Positions 59,878 through 64,000 of a DNA stretch of 64,000 nt are shown here, piece by piece; position 1 is the first letter of the stretch; each line of letters begins with the position of its first letter. This DNA comes from Candidatus Aenigmatarchaeota archaeon (lineage in GTDB: Archaea; Aenigmatarchaeota; Aenigmatarchaeia; GW2011-AR5; JAGGXF01): positions 2,410 to 66,409 of the forward strand of contig JAGGVU010000019.1 of NCBI GenBank assembly GCA_021157845.1, read 5' to 3'. The translations under genes and the position numbers were made by a program. The notes beneath the pieces were generated by a model. The model saw only the letters and a program-made list of their open reading frames with translations. It searched no databases and was not told the origin of the DNA.

Positions 59878-62388
59878 TCACACAACAGAATTTTCAAAAA
59901 GGCGGTTAAAATCAATCTTTTTTATAAACTCATCGCCCTCTTTTGCATATTTTTCCAACGTTTTCGGAAATATGTCTATAGATATTAATGGACCGGTTTC
60001 CGGTCCTCCAACAGGCAGACCCAATATTTTTGCACCGTTGACCGTACGAGGATAATCATTTGCTTCCCCATACGGGGTATTTGTCTGTCCAAGACAGTAA
60101 CATTTTTGGTGAAAAACATTTCTGCCCAAACTTTCTCCTCCATGATGGCTATGACCAGCACGATTTATCGTAAATTTTTTGGTTACTATGGCTGAAAATG
60201 CACCCCTATTTCTAAATTTATCCCGCATAGTTTTTACATCATCTTTAGTTTTTGACGTGCCTTGTTTATGCTTGTTGTACTCTGAATATGTTTTTTCTTT
60301 TATACCAAAAAGGCCGGCATAAACACCAATTTTACCATATATAGGTGCGCGTATCCTCTCTTCCGGTATACCATGTTGTTTTAGCTCCCTTGCTATTTCT
60401 TTTGGCAAGAAGGACATTCCACTATCGTTTCCTTTTGGAGTTTTTTCTCCATGGTTGCCACCGATTATTACTATAGATGGGCCCACAAGCCCTGCCTTTT
60501 TACCACGTTCAACAACACTTTTGAAGAAATCAATATCCATTATATCTCTGAACTCAATCCCCTGGTCCTGCGGAACAATTATACCGTGCTTATATGAGCT
60601 CATCGCCCCAAGTTTTTTTAGTTTAATTGCCTTTTCTTTATCAGAAATTGGCTCGTTTAAAATTTCATCGGCCTTCTCGCGAAATTGATACGGGGTTAAT
60701 GGTAAATCTGTTTTACCTTCTTTCCATGTAGTTTCTCTCTCGTTTTCAGTGTCTCTATTTTTATATTCTATCAAATCTCCCAAATCATTTACTCTTAAAA
60801 TAGGTGCATTTTTAAGAAAACTTTGTAAAACTTCAAACGAGTACTTTACATCATCTTCTGTCTCTATAACGTATGGAAATTTTGAGCCTATGTGAGTATC
60901 AGCATAATCTAGCTCATACATAATTTTTTCGTCTAAATCTTCACGGCTAAAGATATTTTCATTTGTTAGAAATTCGCTTAGCAGTATTTTTCTTTTCGGA
61001 ATCTCATTTACAAACTCTACAATTATCGCACCAGATGAAAAATCACTTTTTTTTGCCAATTTGTCCATTTTTGTTACAGATCGGTTTTCTCTTTTTCTCA
61101 TTTCGCGGAGTTCTTCCTCATCTAAACATGTTGGTAATTGTATGAGAAGTGTTTCCTTCTGTCCGTCTTCTGTGTCAAACGTAATTGGGTGCATCGTATA
61201 GGTTGGTGACAACCCTCCTTGTACAACTACATCATAAGAAATTCCAGAACTAAGTTCGTCCTGGACTCTTTTTATAAGATTATTTATCATAGTAGAGGAT
61301 GGTTCGTCAGTAGATTTTCGTGTGTCATATATAACGTTAAGCTTATAATCTCCTATATTTATTACAGATTCTCCAGAAGGAATTACCTTAAGATTAGGTA
61401 ATATGCTCTCTAATTTTTTGGATATGTATTCTTTCATTTCATTCGCAAGAAGATTTTTAAAATCATCATCTGTATTTGTCATCATCACGCGGGATAGGTA
61501 CTGATGGCACTCGTTAGTTGCGTTTTCTATATAGCGAATTATATTTTCAGGGTTTCCATCTAAATTATATAGTTTTCCTTTTTTATCAAAATATTTTTTT
61601 ATTTCTTCCAGTTCGTTTTCGTTCTCTTCTATGATATTTTTCATTTTTCTTATTTTATTTTTAAGTTTCTTCTTCTTTTTTTTATCTTTTGTTATAGAAA
61701 ATGTGTATTCTAACAGCGGAAGAATCTGTTTATTGAAAGAAGTTATTTCTGTTAATTTAGTTGCTTTTAATAAATATTTTTCCACCTCTCTCTTTTCTCG
61801 GTTTAGGTCATTAATTAAAGACTTTGTCAACTCTTTTTCTTTAACAGTGGCATTTCTAACTTTTTCATTTATATGTTGCCTAAGCAGGTCATCTTCCATA
61901 TCACCGAAAATTAGATAAATATCTTTATCAAATAGCTCCTTTTCAGTTTCGCCTTTAAACACATGTTCTATATAATCTATTACCATGTCAAATTTTTCTT
62001 TAAAAGTTATAAATAGCGGTTTTCGGTCTTTGGAATTTATTATTTTTTCCGGGTTGCTTATAGTTTTTTTGATTGTTTTCGGGTAGTTTATTTTTTCAGG
62101 GTCTATGCGTATGTGAGACTTTCTTGCCCTATCTGGAGCATATTTTGAATATCGCATCATATCTATATAGAACAAGTTTCCGGTTATTACGATTGCATCA
62201 ACGTCATCATGTTTGCAATATTTAAGAAAATTTTTAACTAGGCCTTTATTTGTTTTTCCTCCGACATAAATAGTATTTATAAATCCAACTTTTGGATTAT
62301 GTTTAACAGAAGGCTTTATATGAATTTCATAATTTTTCAATAAACCGTTTGAATATTTTCTAACTTCTTTCTCTGTTACAATACTCAT
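59878..62388 (-). CDS. 836-aa protein: uncharacterised K-rich N-terminal half plus C-terminal Mre11/PolD-DP1-like calcineurin-type metallophosphoesterase domain
   Basis: Motifs in order: DYADTHIGS (I), NDLGDLIE (II), IIGGNHGE (III), GHSHHGG (V). Confidence 0.5.
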   Translation of the reverse strand: MSIVTEKEVRKYSNGLLKNYEIHIKPSVKHNPKVGFINTIYVGGKTNKGLVKNFLKYCKHDDVDAIVITGNLFYIDMMRYSKYAPDRARKSHIRIDPEKINYPKTIKKTISNPEKIINSKDRKPLFITFKEKFDMVIDYIEHVFKGETEKELFDKDIYLIFGDMEDDLLRQHINEKVRNATVKEKELTKSLINDLNREKREVEKYLLKATKLTEITSFNKQILPLLEYTFSITKDKKKKKKLKNKIRKMKNIIEENENELEEIKKYFDKKGKLYNLDGNPENIIRYIENATNECHQYLSRVMMTNTDDDFKNLLANEMKEYISKKLESILPNLKVIPSGESVINIGDYKLNVIYDTRKSTDEPSSTMINNLIKRVQDELSSGISYDVVVQGGLSPTYTMHPITFDTEDGQKETLLIQLPTCLDEEELREMRKRENRSVTKMDKLAKKSDFSSGAIIVEFVNEIPKRKILLSEFLTNENIFSREDLDEKIMYELDYADTHIGSKFPYVIETEDDVKYSFEVLQSFLKNAPILRVNDLGDLIEYKNRDTENERETTWKEGKTDLPLTPYQFREKADEILNEPISDKEKAIKLKKLGAMSSYKHGIIVPQDQGIEFRDIMDIDFFKSVVERGKKAGLVGPSIVIIGGNHGEKTPKGNDSGMSFLPKEIARELKQHGIPEERIRAPIYGKIGVYAGLFGIKEKTYSEYNKHKQGTSKTKDDVKTMRDKFRNRGAFSAIVTKKFTINRAGHSHHGGESLGRNVFHQKCYCLGQTNTPYGEANDYPRTVNGAKILGLPVGGPETGPLISIDIFPKTLEKYAKEGDEFIKKIDFNRLFENSVV

Positions 62389-62815
62389 TCAGACACCCCA
62401 CAACTACTCTTTATTAATTTTCTATATCAAATATAATTACTATTGTCTCCTAACTATAAATTCATTCAGATGATATTTTATATATTTTAGAATATATATC
62501 GGAATGTATAGAAAAATATTTAATTAACTAGTAAATACAAAAAAGTTGGACAGAACAGCGGTTTAATAGCCGATTCTCGCTTAATTTAGCTAAATTAATC
62601 ACCGGTTTCTATCAAAATGCCAAGGTATTCGGAGACATCTGGTCAAGATATGCTGAATAGTTAAAGCAAACATAAATGCATTATACCTTCAGGACAGAAC
62701 TTGCGAGGACAAGCCTGACTGTAAGAAGTTGTCTAAATTCACTTAAGAATCAGATTATAATAACCTACCCGAATTTAGACAAAAAATAAATTTTTCTTCA
62801 TTTAGGCCCTGCTTA

Positions 62816-63046
62816 CTACCTTTTTCTTCTTTTTGGCTTTTTTTCTTCCATTTCCCATTTCAGGTCTTCATATTCTATCCACGCAACTAGGACGCCAAAG
62901 AAAATCAGGCAAAGTCCGATACTGCCTATAACTACCGTTTTTAATGATCCCAGTGGATTTATGCCATATATTTTGTCAACTGTATACCAGTATATACCGG
63001 CAATAGCTATTAACAGCCCGATAATAAATTTTGCAAACGTCTTCAT
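62816..63046 (-). CDS. small membrane protein
   Basis: 76 aa, two TM helices, KRRKR tail. Confidence 0.3.
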   Translation of the reverse strand: MKTFAKFIIGLLIAIAGIYWYTVDKIYGINPLGSLKTVVIGSIGLCLIFFGVLVAWIEYEDLKWEMEEKKPKRRKR

Positions 63047-63146
63047 ATCATCACCTATATAAATCTTTTGTAGATAAGTTAAATAACTATTTAAAAAAAG
63101 GTTTTTATAGTTTTATTTTAATTAAAAGATAATTTGATAAGATGGG

Positions 63147-63656
63147 ATGATTGCAGTGAAAAGTTTTTATAAATTTTTAAGCAGTATCTGGAGAAAATCC
63201 CCCAGCATAAAGGAAAGGGTAATAACGTGGAGAAAAGGGCCTGTTATAACACGTGTTGAAAATCCGACAAAGCTCCATAGAGCGAGAGAGCTTGGTTATA
63301 ATGCAAAACAAGGATTTGTTATAGTTAGAGTTAGGATAAAAAAGGGAGGAAGAAGAAGAAAAAAAATAAGAAAAGGGCGAAAGCCAAAAACAAGAGGAAG
63401 AGTTAGATTTACAACACAGAAGTCCCTTAAACGGATAGGTGAAGAGAAGGTAGCAAGAAAATATCCTAATATGGAGGTTTTGAATTCTTATTTTGTCGCT
63501 GAGGATGGCCAATATAAATATTTTGAAGTTATTTTAGTAGATAGAAGCCACCCAGCAATTAAGAAAGATAAAAAAATGAAATGGATAACAAAACAAAGAA
63601 GAAGGGCTTTGCGAGGAAAAACATCCGAAGGCAGGAAAAACAGAGGCATTAGATAA
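63147..63656 (+). CDS. rpl15e: 50S ribosomal protein L15e
   Basis: KSFYKF...W...PVITRVENPTKLHRARELGYNAKQGFVIVRVRIKKGG. Confidence 0.85.
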   Translation: MIAVKSFYKFLSSIWRKSPSIKERVITWRKGPVITRVENPTKLHRARELGYNAKQGFVIVRVRIKKGGRRRKKIRKGRKPKTRGRVRFTTQKSLKRIGEEKVARKYPNMEVLNSYFVAEDGQYKYFEVILVDRSHPAIKKDKKMKWITKQRRRALRGKTSEGRKNRGIR

Positions 63657-63776
63657 ATTTTACATTCTAAAATCGCTGGATAAAATCAACGGACATGTAC
63701 ACTATTTAGTTTTTTAAAAAGTTTCGCTTCTAATTATAACTAGGATAATATATAATATAGAGTACGAGCTGAAATT

Positions 63777-64000
63777 ATGAAATATTATGATTTGCATGTC
63801 CATACAAATGTATCTGTTGGTGAAAATTCGCTGGAAGAAATAGTGGAACAAGCAAAGAGGCTTAATATTGATGGATTGGGCATAACAGATTATTTTTCAA
63901 CAGTTGACGAATTCATGCGGCGCAAGAAAGTCAAACGGCCAGATATAGATATAGTTTTTGGCGTTATAATAAGAGCAGAAACAGAGTCGCAACTAAAAAA
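63777..64000 (+). CDS. rnp3: RNase P protein subunit Rpp30 (Rnp3), 5' partial at window end
   Basis: MKYYDLHVHT...SLEEIVEQAKRLNIDGLGITDY; classic rpl15e-rnp3 neighbourhood. Confidence 0.6.
   Translation, partial: MKYYDLHVHTNVSVGENSLEEIVEQAKRLNIDGLGITDYFSTVDEFMRRKKVKRPDIDIVFGVIIRAETESQLK

Noticed and set aside
59376-60055. Several plus-strand ORFs (59376-59579, 59548-59760, 59624-60055, 59800-59988)
   Set aside because: Antisense to the well-supported Qng1 homolog and phosphoesterase genes.
59878-62388. Calling the 836-aa protein Mre11 or PolD DP1 outright
   Set aside because: The motif order fits the PPP-phosphoesterase family. No Rad50 or DP2 partner is adjacent and the N-terminal 500 aa is unlike either, so this is left at family level.

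Overview
AT-rich window with lysine-rich proteins; likely a small-genome archaeon, DPANN-like (inference, no search run). Left third is stable-RNA dense. It holds four or five intron-bearing tRNAs, including Val (intronless), Glu, Leu, one undetermined, and one further low-confidence candidate. The rRNA operon runs 16S, tRNA-Ala (G3:U70), 23S. The 16S carries one LAGLIDADG homing-endonuclease intron plus several small insertions. The 23S carries two LAGLIDADG introns. An RNase P RNA with a P4-like motif and oligo-T terminator and an unannotated 51-aa Sec61beta gene follow. Protein genes near the RNAs: purC, acyP, nfo, a nucleotidyltransferase. A minus-strand Fe-S/DNA-repair cluster spans 15085-23006: family-4 UDG, two MinD/ParA ATPases with ferredoxin inserts, a DUF123 GIY-YIG-like nuclease, a thioredoxin::CcdA fusion, small NifX-like proteins, Mrp/NBP35, a cation-diffusion-facilitator (CDF) transporter::NifX-like fusion, DUF5320 and a DUF134 regulator. 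Housekeeping genes follow: porGDAB, tmk, NFACT/Rqc2, scpB-scpA-smc, ferredoxin+geranylgeranyl reductase, bud32, rps15, rps3ae, ABCE1, a NusA-like protein, a GTPase, argS, XPD, rpl15e and rnp3 (partial). The least explained parts are the Fe-S cluster; the co-oriented trio 38285-43304 (NTase-fold protein, a xylose-isomerase/Endo-IV-like TIM barrel split by a 230-aa coiled coil, and a 547-aa unknown); and the block 57666-62388 (Nre, a Qng1/DUF2419 queuosine-salvage homolog unexpected in archaea, and an 836-aa protein with an Mre11/DP1-like metallophosphoesterase domain). All calls are from reading the sequence; no database searches were run.
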